A stretch of 64,000 nucleotides of DNA, taken from NCBI GenBank assembly GCA_963744995.1, contig CAVUWA010000010.1, positions 416,001 through 480,000 of the forward strand, read 5' to 3'. Source of the stretch: Candidatus Eiseniibacteriota bacterium (GTDB lineage Bacteria; Eisenbacteria; RBG-16-71-46). Positions 22,580 through 33,363 of this stretch are shown piece by piece. Position 1 is the stretch's first letter. Each line of letters starts with the position of its first letter. Position numbers and translations under genes: made by a program. Under the pieces are notes generated by a model that did no database searches, had not been told where the DNA came from, and saw only the letters and a list, made by a program, of their open reading frames with translations.

Positions 22580-23430
22580 ACGAGGACGTCGTCTCCCCGC
22601 TGCCGACCCGCGATCTCGAGGTCCGCGTGCGCGACTGCGTGCGCGCGATTCACGCGCGGTCGAACCTGGTGCCGAAAGTCGGTCTCACGCTCGGCTCCGG
22701 ACTCGGCGGGGTGATCGACGCGCTCGAGGACGCGGTGATCCTGCCGACCCACGAGCTGCCGCACTGGCCGCGCTCCACGGTCGCGGGCCACGCGGGGCGC
22801 TTCGCGCTCGGCCACTGGGAAGGGGTTCCGGTCGCGGCCCTGTCCGGCCGCACGCACCGCTACGAAGGCCACGCGCTCGACCGCGTCACGTTCGGCCTGC
22901 GCGTCATGCGCGACCTCGGCGCGCGCACGCTGATCTTCACGAACGCGGTCGGCGCGATGAACCCCGAGTACCGCCCCGGCGACATCATGCTGGCAGTGGA
23001 TCACATCAACGCGATCGGCAAGCGCGGGTTGTTCACGCCGGGCGAGCTGGCGGAGCGCCGCGCGGGGCGCCGCGTGGCGAACTACTACACGCCGCGCCTG
23101 CGCGCGGCGCTGCTGGCCGCGGCGACGCGTGCCGGGGTGCGGCTGCAGCGCGGCACGCTGATGGGCGGCCTGGGCCCGACCTACGAAACGGCGGCCGAGG
23201 TGCGCATGGCCGCCGCGCTGGGCGCCGACGTCGCCTGCATGAGCACGGTGCACGAGGTCACCGTCGCGGCGCAGCTCGGCTGCGAAACGGCGGGGCTGTC
23301 GTGCATCACCAACCGCGCCACGGGCCTGTCCGACGGTCCGCTCACGCACCACGACGTCACCGAGGTCGCCGACCGCGTGGCGTCGAGGCTGCGCGCGATC
23401 ATCACCGAGTTCCTGCGGGGCGGGGCGTAG
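22576..23430 (+). CDS. Purine nucleoside phosphorylase, trimeric type (Asn specificity residue)
   Basis: LGSGLG, STVAGHAG, GRTHRYEG, YETAAE, MST, CITN. Confidence 0.88.
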   Translation: MNEDVVSPLPTRDLEVRVRDCVRAIHARSNLVPKVGLTLGSGLGGVIDALEDAVILPTHELPHWPRSTVAGHAGRFALGHWEGVPVAALSGRTHRYEGHALDRVTFGLRVMRDLGARTLIFTNAVGAMNPEYRPGDIMLAVDHINAIGKRGLFTPGELAERRAGRRVANYYTPRLRAALLAAATRAGVRLQRGTLMGGLGPTYETAAEVRMAAALGADVACMSTVHEVTVAAQLGCETAGLSCITNRATGLSDGPLTHHDVTEVADRVASRLRAIITEFLRGGA

Positions 23431-23485
23431 CCCGGCGGCAGCGCGGATCGCGGGCGGGGTGCGGACGCGGCGCGGGAACGCCGGG

Positions 23486-25472
23486 CTACTTCAATATCTC
23501 GACGCTCTCGATCCGGTCGCCCTGGACGATGCGCCACACCACGTCCATGCCGCGCACGACGCGGGCGAAGATCGTGTAGCGCCCGTTCAGGTGCGGCTGC
23601 GGCGACTGGGTGATGAACCACTGGCTGCCGCCCGTGTCCTTGCCCGACAGCGCCATGCCGACCATGCCCGCGTCGTAGCGCAGCCGGTTGTATTCGCAGC
23701 GGATCGTGTAGCCGGGCCCGCCCCAGCCGGTCGCCGTCGGGTCGCCGTCCTGGATCACGAAGTCCGGCACGACCCGGTGCACGATGCAATCGTGGAAGTA
23801 AGCGTCTTGCGAGAGGCGCACGAAGTTCGCCACCGTCTGCGGCGCGGCCTCCGTCTCGAAGGCCCATTCGATGTCGCCCTTGCTCGTGTGCACGATCGCC
23901 CCGCGCACCGCGGGCGGCGCTCCGAAATCGGGCGGGTAGGCCACCGGCTCGGCCGGGACGGCCGCCGCGTGCCGAATGCTGTCCGCGGACGCGGCGCCGC
24001 CGATCGTGCGCAGCGCATCGAGGATCGCGCGTGCCGGCGAAGGGTCGCGATCGTTCGCGTGGGCCCGGTACGTCACGAGCAGGGAGGGCACGCTGGCCGT
24101 GTCCGCCAGCTGCTCGATGGCCGCGGCCGTCGCCTCCACCACGATCGGATCGAGGTCGTAGAGATCCGGCCGCAGCACGGCCGCCAGCGCAGCGATCGCC
24201 GCGCGCGGCGATGCCGAGCGCCGCCGCGATCCGCTCGGCGCGGGAGCCATGCCCGGTCAGCCGGTCGACCAGCAGCGACGCGAAACGCTCCCCGGGCAGC
24301 GTCGCGGCCGCCTCCAGGACGTCACTGCGTACGAACGGCCAGAGGTCGTCGAGCAACGGTGCGACGTCCGGCCAGGCGGCCGCGCCGAGCTGCTGGAGCA
24401 GGGCGACGCCCGCCGCGCCGCGGGTCGCCGGGTCCGGATCGACGAGGCGGGCGCGCAACGAATCCAGAGCGGCGCGGCGCGAGGCGCTGTCCGCGGCCAC
24501 CAGAACGAAGCGGTCGCCCAGGGCCTGGGCGGCCACGAGGCGCACGTACGGGTCGTCGTGTCCCAGCTGACGGACGAGCGCCGGCGCGCAGAAGCTGCAG
24601 GTCGAGTCGGCGCCGAAGCGCAGCGCCCGGATCACGTTGATGCGCACGGCGACCGACGGATCGTCGATCATCTGCAGCAGGTAGCTGGTGGCCCGCTCGG
24701 ACTTCTCGCGGCCGAGCGTGCGCGCCGCCTGCGCGCGGACGCGCGCGTCGTCGTCGTCCTGGTGCAGGGCGGCCACGAGGACGATCTGATTCGGCGCGTC
24801 GATCTTCTCCAGGGCGTAGAGCACCTTCCATCGCACGTCGGGGTCCGGATCGTCGTGCCGCTCGAGCAGCCGTCCCAGCGCGGTCGAGTCCGCCAGCCGC
24901 CAGAGCGCGACCGCGCTCGTCGCCCGCAGCAACGCGACGTCGCTGCGCAGGAACGCCATCACCCGTGGCGTGCTGCGCTTGTCGCCCAGTTTGCCCAGCG
25001 CCTCGAGTGCGAGCTGCACCGTTTCGCGATCCGGATCGTCGAGCGCCTTTTCGAGCGCCTCGCGTGCGGAGCGATCACCGATCTGCCCGAGCGCGAACGC
25101 CGTCTCGCGCCGCACGGCCGGCGCCGGGTCGGCCAGCAGCGGCAGCAGATCTGCGACCGCGGTCGAATCCTGAAGCCGCCCGACCGCGAGCACGGCGCGC
25201 GCACGGGTCTCGGCGTCCTCGTGCGTCAGGTAGCCGCGCAGGACGCCGTCGTTCCACTCGCGCCGGTCTTCGGCGATCGCGATCGAGCGCCGGTCCGCGG
25301 GCGCGATGGCGGCGTGCACCGCGCCGGCCAGGCACGGCACGCCGGCGAGCCACGCCGCGAGCGCGACCGCCGCGGCGCGCGCACGCCGCAGTCCGTGCGG
25401 CCGGGCCGCGGCGGCGGCGGGATGAAGTGGACGGGAGTGCGATGGACGCGGCGCGGGCCCTTCGATCGACAC
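23486..25472 (-). CDS. Secreted HEAT-repeat protein fused to a cyclophilin-type PPIase; one frameshift near 24190
   Basis: HEAT repeats in one frame continue into HRVVPDFVIQDGDP...GSQWFI...YTIF in another frame. Confidence 0.8.
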
Positions 25473-25611
25473 GATTCGCTCCTTGCTCGACTTTCGACGG
25501 ACCGGCCGCCCCGGGCCGGGCCTTCACCGGCGCAGCGTGGAACGCATCGCCTCGGGCCGTCAAGAGGCGCGGGGCCCGCACCGCGATCCGGCGCACCGGA
25601 CCGCGCCGCCG

Positions 25612-28600
25612 TCAGGGCGTCGCGGTCTCCGACTCGAGCGTGCCGCGCCGCGGCCGCCTGAGCTTCGCGAGCCGGCTTTCGATCATCGCGCGCGACGTGC
25701 CGTTGCTCGCCAGCAGCCGGTAAAAGTAGACGCCGTTCGCGAGCTTGTAGCCCTCGGCGTCCGCCCCGTCCCAGTGCAGCTGATGATAGCCGGGGGCGAG
25801 CCCCTTCTCCTTGCGCTCGTAGATCAGCTTGCCGTTCACGGTGTACACACGGATCAGCACGTCGGCGGGAGCGCCGCTCACCAGCGTGAACGAGAAATTC
25901 GTGCCGATCGCGTCGTCCTGGAACGGATTCGGGAACGCGAACGCGTTCTGGATCCGCAGCTCGTCGCCGCCGACTTCGACCCGGAACAGGTGCGTCCGCG
26001 AGGCGCCGCCGGTCGCGGAGAGCTGCACCACGTACTGGTCGATCGGCAGCGGATCGTGGGTCCAGGCGAGCAGCCACTCGCGCCCCGAGGCGTCGCCGGG
26101 GTCGGGCGTCGCCGTGAAGGCGACCGGCGCGCCGTTGACGGTCAGGGTGAGATCGTTCGCCGGAACGAGCGGGCTCGGGCTTTGCACGAACAGCGTGAGC
26201 GCCGCCGTCGGCGCGACGGGATCGCCGTCGTTCACGGTCTGGCCGTCGGCGCGCAGCAGGGTCGTGAATGCGAACGCGGCGTCGAACGTGCGCGAGATCC
26301 CGTAGCGGTCCACGGTGACGAAGTCCCAGTTGAACGTCTCGGGCGTGAGCGTGGTGTCGACCCGCACGTCGTAGACGCGCCCGCCGTGACTCGCGGCCCC
26401 CGTGTCCGGGAACGCCGGCGTGATCGTGTAGCGCGCGGGCGACAGGGTATCGGCGCCCGCGGAATCCGCGCGCACGACCGTGATGGATGCCAGGGCCGCA
26501 TTCGAGACCAGGCGCGCCTTGAGCGTCACCGCCGGACCCGGCGTGTGCAGCCGGATCGGGGTGCCGTCCACGGCCGGCACGTCGTTCGCGGTGACCGCCG
26601 CCTGCGGCGGGCCGACCCAGAGGCGCGTCGCCGGATCGCCGAGCAGCGTGTAGGTGAGACCGACGCTGCTCTCGTAGCTGCGGCTCTGCGGCACCCAGCG
26701 CAACGTCGCGAGCGCGGCGACCTCGCCGATCAGCGGCCGCGCACCGTCGCCGCTCGGACCGCCGCGCGGCGGGTCCACGAACAGCGCGCGGGCGAGCTCG
26801 ACGTTGATGTGATGGCTGCCGTCACCGGGGATGATCTCGTAGCCGCTCGAGCCGTAGGAGGCGATCGCGCCGCGGCCGGGCAGCGTCACCATTTCCTCGC
26901 CGAGCGACGCGCCGAACGGACCGGCCTCGTAGTCGCGCGCGAAGCTGTTCGGGTGACAGGAAAAGGCCGAGAAGAAGAACAGCTTGCCGTCGTTTGCGAA
27001 GCGCGACTTGTCGTCGTCGCCCGGCAGGTTGCGGTAGACGTCCTCGTGCGCGAGCTCGTGTTCGTTGGAGTGTCCCTGATAGTTCCACCACAGACGGCCC
27101 TCGTTGAGGCGCGTGAACACCTCGGGCGTCACGGTGGTCCGGGTGCGGACCTGGGTCGAGGGTCGGTCCGGCCGGCAGCTGTCGGGCAGGGCCGCGGGGT
27201 CGATGGGCTCGTTGCGGAGCCAGTAGCCCATGTCGAACACCTCGGGCTCGCTCTCGACCAGACCCGCTTCGTCGAGGATCACGTCGTGCACCGTCCGGGT
27301 GAGCTGGAGGAACAGCGCCTCGATGGCCTTCTTGCAGTAGTTGGATGCCACCGAGCCACCGCCGAAGAAGGACTGTCCCGAGTACTGGTCGTCCGAGAGC
27401 AGCAGCATCCTGCGGCGCCAGAGCTGGTCGGGAGCGAAGTCCTCGTAACCGGTGACCTTCGCGATCGTGCTCGCCGCCTCCGTGAGGGAATTGACGGGAA
27501 GTCGCCCGATGAAGATCTCCGGAATGCGGGGCACGGTGGGAATGGTGGCCGGATCGCACTCCACGCAGATCCCGTACCACGGATCGCTGGGAATGCGCTC
27601 CCACAGGATTTCGGAGCCGGTGTTGAACGGCACGGGCCCCGGGATCATGTGCGCCGGAATCCAGTCCGGCCGCGCGGTGCCGGTGAAGTCGTGCGGATCC
27701 TCGGAGCCGTCGCCGATGAAGATCACGAACCGCACGTTCCAGTTCTCGTAGGCGTAGCGGATGTAGTTGCGGATCGCCCACGACGAGTGCCGGCCGCCGT
27801 AGAACTCGTCGTAGATGGACTCGGTCGGCGACACGACCACGCTCATGCCCTGACTGGTGCGCAGCTGCTCGAGCGGCGTGACCGCGCTCAGGAACGCCTC
27901 CGGAACGACGATCAGGTAATCGCCGCTCACGCGGTCGAACAGCCGCCGGCGGGTGACCGCGCTGTAGCGGGCGGACGGCAGCGACCTGGGCGTGTCGCTG
28001 ATCACGTAGCGACGCGGCGTCCCGGTGGCGGTCGAGTCCTGCATGCGCAATCGCCACCCGCCGGCGTCGGGTTCCTTGAGCACCGCCGCGAGGCGCACCG
28101 GGGCCGCGGGATCGGTGACGTCCCAGGCGCCGAGCCGCGCGGAGTCGGCGTAGCCGGTCGCCACGACCTCGAGCTCACCGCTGCCGGCGTCGCTCGACGC
28201 CTCGAGGTAGCCCCTGATCGCCGCAAAGCGCCGCCACCAGGTGATCTCGAACCAGTTGAGTCCGGTGAAGGTGATCCCGTTGTTCGTCGGATCCGGCGCC
28301 GCGCCGGACCGCCGCCCCCATACCCCGAGCCGGTTGGTGGCCCCTTCGCTGAGCGCCCCTCCCGGAATGCCCGTCGTGACCGTGTGCTCCACGCGGTTGG
28401 TCCACGACGCCGTGCTGGAGTCGGCGATCCAGGTCACCCGCGCCGACGGCTGGCCGTAGTGCGCCGTCAGCCGGGCCCACAGGAGATGGCCCACGGTCTC
28501 GCGCCCCACCCAGTTCACGCGCGCGGTGGCGGTCCGCGTCGTGTCGAGGTCGTTGATCTCGAACCCGATCGAGTCGCGCCGGTCGTAGTAGGTGGCGAGG

Positions 28601-29937
28601 TTGGTCCACTGGAACGGATCGACGCGCGACGTGTCGAAGATGGCGTTGTAGGCGCTCAGGTAGTGGAAGTTGCGTTCCCAGCGTCGCGTCCTCGGGTATG
28701 ACGCGAGCGGGGTGAGCCCCACCTGGCCGCGCCAGCCGGAGCGCTTCGCCATGCGCAGGCCCGCGCCGCCCGGCTTGCGCGTCGCGTACACGATTTCGGC
28801 GTCGCCCCAGCTGCGCTGCGCGATCGAGGCGCCGGTGCGCTCGGCCCAGTTCTGCACGTAGGCGAGGATCGCGTCGCCCGTGTCGAACACGCCGTTGCCG
28901 TTCGCGTCGCGCACTTCGACGGGCAGTTCGATCGTCTCGTAAGGCGGCGCGGGCGGAACGGCGGCGGCGAGGAACTCGTGCCGGTGCAGGCTGACCTCGC
29001 CGACCGGCACACCGGCCGGATAGCCCTTCGCCTGCAGCTCGGCGAACGGAAAAGCGTAGAAGCCGGTCGTGTCGACCTGGATGCGCACCTCCGGCGCGTC
29101 CTCGTCGAACGCCGCGCCGCCCTGGAGGCCGGCGGCGCGCGCCGGCTGTCGCCCGAGCAGCGTTTCTCCCGGCAGCGGCCGGTCGAGCAGCGAGCCGGGC
29201 GAGAGGTCGCTCTCCCCGCCGCGCGAGCCGCCGGCGCGCCCCTGCGGCACGCGAAAGCGGCGGCCCTGATCGTAGTTGATGAGCGCGCCCTCGAGCACCG
29301 ACTCCCAGTAGCGGTCGGGGGCGGCGGGCGCACCGGCCGCGGCCGCGCCGCCGACGAACTCCACGCGCACCGTGACGTGGCGCACGATCGTCAGCCGCCC
29401 GGTGGCCTCGTCATAGCGGATCGGCCGGATCGAGACCGCGGCCATGCGCTGATGCCGGAGCACGAACGGCGCGCCCACCTCGACCCGTTCCACCGGCCAC
29501 GGGCCGTCGTAGATCGGCGGGACCGCTTCCATGAACGGCGTTTCGCCGAGGCCCTCCGGATCGGGTCCGATGCCGGGCTTCCCGGCGATCGGCAGGAGCA
29601 GATCCGTGCGCAGCTCTTCCGCGTCCGCCTCGACCACGTGGGCGACCGCCCGCGCGCCGGGGGGAACGGCGATCAGGGTCTGCGCGAAGGGAACGCGCGG
29701 GCGCCCGGGTTCGACCGCGACGGCGAAACCGGGGATCTCGAGGCGCTGCCGGCCCTGCTGCTCCGACGGCACGGCGCGCTCGCCGGCCACTTCCAGGGCC
29801 AGCGTGACACCCCCGTCGTCGGCCGAGACGAGCCGGATCGGGCCCGCGTACACGATCCCCGGCGCCGCCGATGCGACCACGGCGAGGAGCAGGATCTGCA
29901 GCGGCCGCAGCGGTGTGGTGCGGAGGGTCGGACGCAT
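25612..29937 (-). CDS. C25-family cysteine peptidase (PorU/gingipain-like, putative T9SS sortase) with its own CTD
   Basis: Signal peptide; propeptide-like region; YLIVVP, IYDEF, IGRLPV; His in YQGHS and Cys in FSCH; LLGDP; CTD FAFPNPF...LANGVYFYRL. Confidence 0.85.
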   Translation of the reverse strand: MRPTLRTTPLRPLQILLLAVVASAAPGIVYAGPIRLVSADDGGVTLALEVAGERAVPSEQQGRQRLEIPGFAVAVEPGRPRVPFAQTLIAVPPGARAVAHVVEADAEELRTDLLLPIAGKPGIGPDPEGLGETPFMEAVPPIYDGPWPVERVEVGAPFVLRHQRMAAVSIRPIRYDEATGRLTIVRHVTVRVEFVGGAAAAGAPAAPDRYWESVLEGALINYDQGRRFRVPQGRAGGSRGGESDLSPGSLLDRPLPGETLLGRQPARAAGLQGGAAFDEDAPEVRIQVDTTGFYAFPFAELQAKGYPAGVPVGEVSLHRHEFLAAAVPPAPPYETIELPVEVRDANGNGVFDTGDAILAYVQNWAERTGASIAQRSWGDAEIVYATRKPGGAGLRMAKRSGWRGQVGLTPLASYPRTRRWERNFHYLSAYNAIFDTSRVDPFQWTNLATYYDRRDSIGFEINDLDTTRTATARVNWVGRETVGHLLWARLTAHYGQPSARVTWIADSSTASWTNRVEHTVTTGIPGGALSEGATNRLGVWGRRSGAAPDPTNNGITFTGLNWFEITWWRRFAAIRGYLEASSDAGSGELEVVATGYADSARLGAWDVTDPAAPVRLAAVLKEPDAGGWRLRMQDSTATGTPRRYVISDTPRSLPSARYSAVTRRRLFDRVSGDYLIVVPEAFLSAVTPLEQLRTSQGMSVVVSPTESIYDEFYGGRHSSWAIRNYIRYAYENWNVRFVIFIGDGSEDPHDFTGTARPDWIPAHMIPGPVPFNTGSEILWERIPSDPWYGICVECDPATIPTVPRIPEIFIGRLPVNSLTEAASTIAKVTGYEDFAPDQLWRRRMLLLSDDQYSGQSFFGGGSVASNYCKKAIEALFLQLTRTVHDVILDEAGLVESEPEVFDMGYWLRNEPIDPAALPDSCRPDRPSTQVRTRTTVTPEVFTRLNEGRLWWNYQGHSNEHELAHEDVYRNLPGDDDKSRFANDGKLFFFSAFSCHPNSFARDYEAGPFGASLGEEMVTLPGRGAIASYGSSGYEIIPGDGSHHINVELARALFVDPPRGGPSGDGARPLIGEVAALATLRWVPQSRSYESSVGLTYTLLGDPATRLWVGPPQAAVTANDVPAVDGTPIRLHTPGPAVTLKARLVSNAALASITVVRADSAGADTLSPARYTITPAFPDTGAASHGGRVYDVRVDTTLTPETFNWDFVTVDRYGISRTFDAAFAFTTLLRADGQTVNDGDPVAPTAALTLFVQSPSPLVPANDLTLTVNGAPVAFTATPDPGDASGREWLLAWTHDPLPIDQYVVQLSATGGASRTHLFRVEVGGDELRIQNAFAFPNPFQDDAIGTNFSFTLVSGAPADVLIRVYTVNGKLIYERKEKGLAPGYHQLHWDGADAEGYKLANGVYFYRLLASNGTSRAMIESRLAKLRRPRRGTLESETATP

Positions 29938-29946
29938 GAGCCCCCG

Positions 29947-30020
29947 AGTGTATGGACCCCGGACCGGGGGGGTCAAGATCCGCGCGGGTCGTGCCCGCGA
30001 CCGGGCCGTGATGCTACACT
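29947..30020. promoter_or_regulatory. Divergent promoters between the C25 gene and the foldase gene
   Basis: Minus strand TTGACC-18-TACACT; plus strand extended -10 TGcTACACT ending at 30020. Confidence 0.5.
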
Positions 30021-30060
30021 TCCGGGCTCTCGTCCATCGTGAATGCGTTCCGGAGGTGAC

Positions 30061-31509
30061 ATGTCGCGCTCGATCCGTCCGATCCGGCCCCTGCTGGCCA
30101 TGGGTCTCGTCGCCGCCCTGGCGGCCACAGCGGCCGCTTCCGTTCCGCCCCGGCACCCCGCGAAGCCGCCCGCGTCCCTGCTGGCCGCAAAGCCGGCCCC
30201 GGCGCAGGCAAGGCAGGTCGCGCGTCCGCTGGCCGACACCGTGCTCGCCCGCGTCGGCCAGGACCGCCAGATCACGTTGTCGGAGTTCCGGAGTGCCTGG
30301 GCGACGGTGAAACCCCCGGCGCGGCCTGATTCGCTTACCCCGCAGGGAGCGCGCAGGTTTCTGGATCTGCTGATCGGCAAGGAGGCGCTGGGCGAAACGG
30401 CCCTGCGCGAATCGTGGGTGTGGACCGCGGAGGAGAGCGCGCGCTACGAAACCACGAAGGATCGGCTGATGATGGCGCAGGCGCTCGATTCGGCGCTCCA
30501 GGCGACGCAGGCCGCGCGCCTGGCCGAGGGCAAGGACTCGCTCGATGCCGCGGCGCTCGGCACCGTGGCGCGTGACGCAGCCATGGCGCACATGGACATC
30601 ACCTACCGCGACGACGTGCTGCAGCGGCTGGCGAAGGCGTGGGCCGAGATCCCCGCACCGCCGCGCGACTCCGGTCTGTTCGCCGCGATCCGCGCGCTGG
30701 GCCGCGATCCGCAGGTCGGCGAGCTCGACATGCACCGGATCGTGGCCGTCGCCGATGGCGAACCGTTTCCCGTGAAGCGGCTGCTGGACTACTGGAAGCA
30801 CCTGAACCCGCTCGCCCGTCCCCGGATCGAGTCGCCGATGCAGGTGCGCGAGCTGATCTGGAACGCCCTCTACGAGAATCGGCTGCGGCGCCGCGCGCTG
30901 GAACAGGGCTACGACCGTCGCCCGGGCATCGCTGCACGCCTGGCGAAGGAGCGCGAGCTGATCGCCGTGACGCATCTGGTCCAGCGCGAGGTGTACGCGA
31001 AGATCCCGCTCGATTCGCTGACCCTGGCGCGCTACTACCTGGAGAACGAGGGGGCGTGGGACGTGCCGCCGCGCGTGCGATTGCTGCGGCTCGTCCTGCC
31101 CGACCGGGCCCAGGCCGAGGCCATGCTCGAGAAGCTGCGCGATCCCGCCGAGGTCGAGACGCTGACCGCCGAGGCGCAGCGGGTGGGCGTCAGCTACCAC
31201 GCGGAGTACAGCGCCGATACCGACAGCCTGATCTACGCGCGCGGGATGGCGCTCGGCGAGGGCGGCGTGATGGGGCCGGACTCCACCAGCCAGGGCTGGG
31301 CGGTGTCGCGGGTGGTGGCGGTGCTCCCGGGCCGGCCGCGGCCGTTTGCGGAGGTCACCGAGCTGGTGCGCCACGCGGTCTACGGGCAAGAGGGTGAGCG
31401 GTTGATGCAGGAGCTGCTGGAGCGCGTGCGCGCTCAGGTGGGCTCCGTCGTCAACGACCGGGCCCTCGACGCGCTGGTGTCCGCCGGGGATGTCGAGCCG
31501 TCGCATTGA
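30061..31509 (+). CDS. SurA/PrsA/PpiC-like secreted foldase
   Basis: GGAGG RBS; signal peptide; VLARVG...ITLSEF; YY...PPRVRL; RPFAEV. Confidence 0.65.
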   Translation: MSRSIRPIRPLLAMGLVAALAATAAASVPPRHPAKPPASLLAAKPAPAQARQVARPLADTVLARVGQDRQITLSEFRSAWATVKPPARPDSLTPQGARRFLDLLIGKEALGETALRESWVWTAEESARYETTKDRLMMAQALDSALQATQAARLAEGKDSLDAAALGTVARDAAMAHMDITYRDDVLQRLAKAWAEIPAPPRDSGLFAAIRALGRDPQVGELDMHRIVAVADGEPFPVKRLLDYWKHLNPLARPRIESPMQVRELIWNALYENRLRRRALEQGYDRRPGIAARLAKERELIAVTHLVQREVYAKIPLDSLTLARYYLENEGAWDVPPRVRLLRLVLPDRAQAEAMLEKLRDPAEVETLTAEAQRVGVSYHAEYSADTDSLIYARGMALGEGGVMGPDSTSQGWAVSRVVAVLPGRPRPFAEVTELVRHAVYGQEGERLMQELLERVRAQVGSVVNDRALDALVSAGDVEPSH

Positions 31510-31536
31510 ATCAGCGCCGGCGCCGGCCCCGCCGGC

Positions 31537-32436
31537 TCACCGGTAGAAGGTCTTGATCCTTCCCCAGGTGACGTTGCGGACGGGCACCGCCTCGCAGCTC
31601 GCGCCGGAGCCGGCGCCCCACGTGACCCGGTTGCCGTCGCCGGCGGCCGGAACCTCGAAGAAGACGTCGCCCGTGCCCCCCGGGAGCCGCCGGACGAGGA
31701 TCGAATTGAGCACGAGGCACACGCTTCCGCTGCAGCCGGCGCAGGAGCCGGCACCGACCGTCTTGCGATCGTCGAGGACCAGGGCGACGGCGGCATAGGC
31801 CGTCGCCGCGTCGAGCGTGCGGGCGCTCGCCGACGGCACGGCCACGACCACCTTGATGCGCGCCTCGTTCGGACTGCCGCGCGGCATGCCGACCAGGTAG
31901 TCCTGCACGAGGGCGAAGCCCTGCCCACCCCACATGTCGACGCAGCCGTCCAGGCCGGTGAGATCGGCGGATGCGGTGAGCGCGCCCTCCCTGCACCCGC
32001 CCGACTCGAGGTGCCACCACGCGGGCAGCGTCGCGTCCTCGTGAATCAGATCGATCACCGCCTCGATGCCGATCACGCTGTCGATCGGCCCGCCCGCGGT
32101 GAACCCGGCGACCAGCTGCCGCTCACCCGCATTGGTGAGGCAGGAGAAGGTCGTCTGGCTCGCCGCGGCGGCCCCGGTCCAGCAGTCGAACCACGTGAGA
32201 TGGAGCGCTTCGGCGGCCCGGGCATCGACCGACGTACCGCAGCAGGTCAGCAGCAGCGTCACGGCGCCCGCTACCGCCGCCGGGATGCGCCGCCGCGCCC
32301 GCGCGCTGGGGCGCAGCCGCGCGCCCGTCCGAGCGGCGCCCGGCGCATCCGGTTGCGGTGGAGGCGCCGGTTTCCGGCAGCGGCGGGTCGTACGGCGGGG
32401 CTTCAAACCCCTACCGCGACGCGTGATCCCTGCCAC
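31537..32436 (-). CDS. Cys-rich secreted protein, paralog 1, ending TWGRIKTFYR (start uncertain)
   Basis: Shared pattern WxDC...C...LPxWW...GCR...CAGC; hydrophobic signal-like segment. Confidence 0.75.
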   Translation of the reverse strand: MAGITRRGRGLKPRRTTRRCRKPAPPPQPDAPGAARTGARLRPSARARRRIPAAVAGAVTLLLTCCGTSVDARAAEALHLTWFDCWTGAAAASQTTFSCLTNAGERQLVAGFTAGGPIDSVIGIEAVIDLIHEDATLPAWWHLESGGCREGALTASADLTGLDGCVDMWGGQGFALVQDYLVGMPRGSPNEARIKVVVAVPSASARTLDAATAYAAVALVLDDRKTVGAGSCAGCSGSVCLVLNSILVRRLPGGTGDVFFEVPAAGDGNRVTWGAGSGASCEAVPVRNVTWGRIKTFYR

Positions 32437-33196
32437 ACGCGGCTCCCTGCCAGCCGACGCACGCCTCGTAGCCCGGAGTCAGGATGGTCTTGCGCCCGTC
32501 CGCTTCGAGCAGCGTGAGTTCGCGCACGCGAATCGAAATCGGATCCCGACAACCTTCGCAGGAGTACTCGCCAAAGGTCCGGCGATTGTCGATCACCATC
32601 TTGCAGGCCACGTAGCGCACGCCGCCCTCGAGAGCGATGGGCTTGGAGATGGGCCTCGCCATCGAAGCCGTGATCAGAGCCGCCCGCGGGTCGTCGTCGG
32701 CGTCGCGGCGGTAGCCGGTCAGCACGGCCAATCCATTGCGGCCCTCGTCCCACGGACTCAGTACGCGCACCCCCGAGTCGGCCCTGGAGGCCGCCGTGAG
32801 GTCGAGCCTGAGCGACAGGGTGCGGCAGGACTCGGAGTTGCGGAATTCCCACCAGGCAGGCAGGCGCTCACCCTCGGCCTGCAACTCCAGCACGACGTCG
32901 GCCGCAACGAAGCGCACGACGCTGTCGGGGGCGACGAACGACAGGACAATCACGTGCGAGCCGCCGACGGTGTCACAGGCAAATGCCTGCACGGCGGTGC
33001 CCCCCATCTCGCGCACGTCCGTCCACCCGAGCTGCACGGGTTCGTCCGCCGGAGCCGAGGCGTGCGCCGCGGCACGTAGGCCCGGCATCGCGAGCAGACC
33101 CGCTGCGAGAGCAAGACGACCAATGGCGCCGACGGAGTGCCGGCTGGAAATCACGCGTGCACCTGGGGACGGATGGCTCATGACGACCATGATCAT
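32411..33196 (-). CDS. Cys-rich secreted protein, paralog 2, without the TWG tail
   Basis: LGWTD...FAC...LPAWWEF...SCR...CEGC...VGWQG. Confidence 0.7.
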   Translation of the reverse strand: MIMVVMSHPSPGARVISSRHSVGAIGRLALAAGLLAMPGLRAAAHASAPADEPVQLGWTDVREMGGTAVQAFACDTVGGSHVIVLSFVAPDSVVRFVAADVVLELQAEGERLPAWWEFRNSESCRTLSLRLDLTAASRADSGVRVLSPWDEGRNGLAVLTGYRRDADDDPRAALITASMARPISKPIALEGGVRYVACKMVIDNRRTFGEYSCEGCRDPISIRVRELTLLEADGRKTILTPGYEACVGWQGAACGRDHASR

Positions 33197-33363
33197 AGCC
33201 GATGCAGACGCGGACGGAACAGACCCCCCGGGTCACGTGCAAGCCCCTTGTCAATTGAACCGCAGCCGCTTGACCGGCTATTCCGGGGCATCCTATCCTT
33301 TCTGCTTCGAATTCGTCTTTCCTTCGAACCTGCCCCCCTCCCCCTGACCCCCATCGTGAATCC

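Noticed and set aside
29938..31506. N-terminal 523 aa of the 1964-aa ORF
   Set aside because: Antisense to the foldase gene; the C25 protein starts at ATG 29937 with its own signal peptide and promoter
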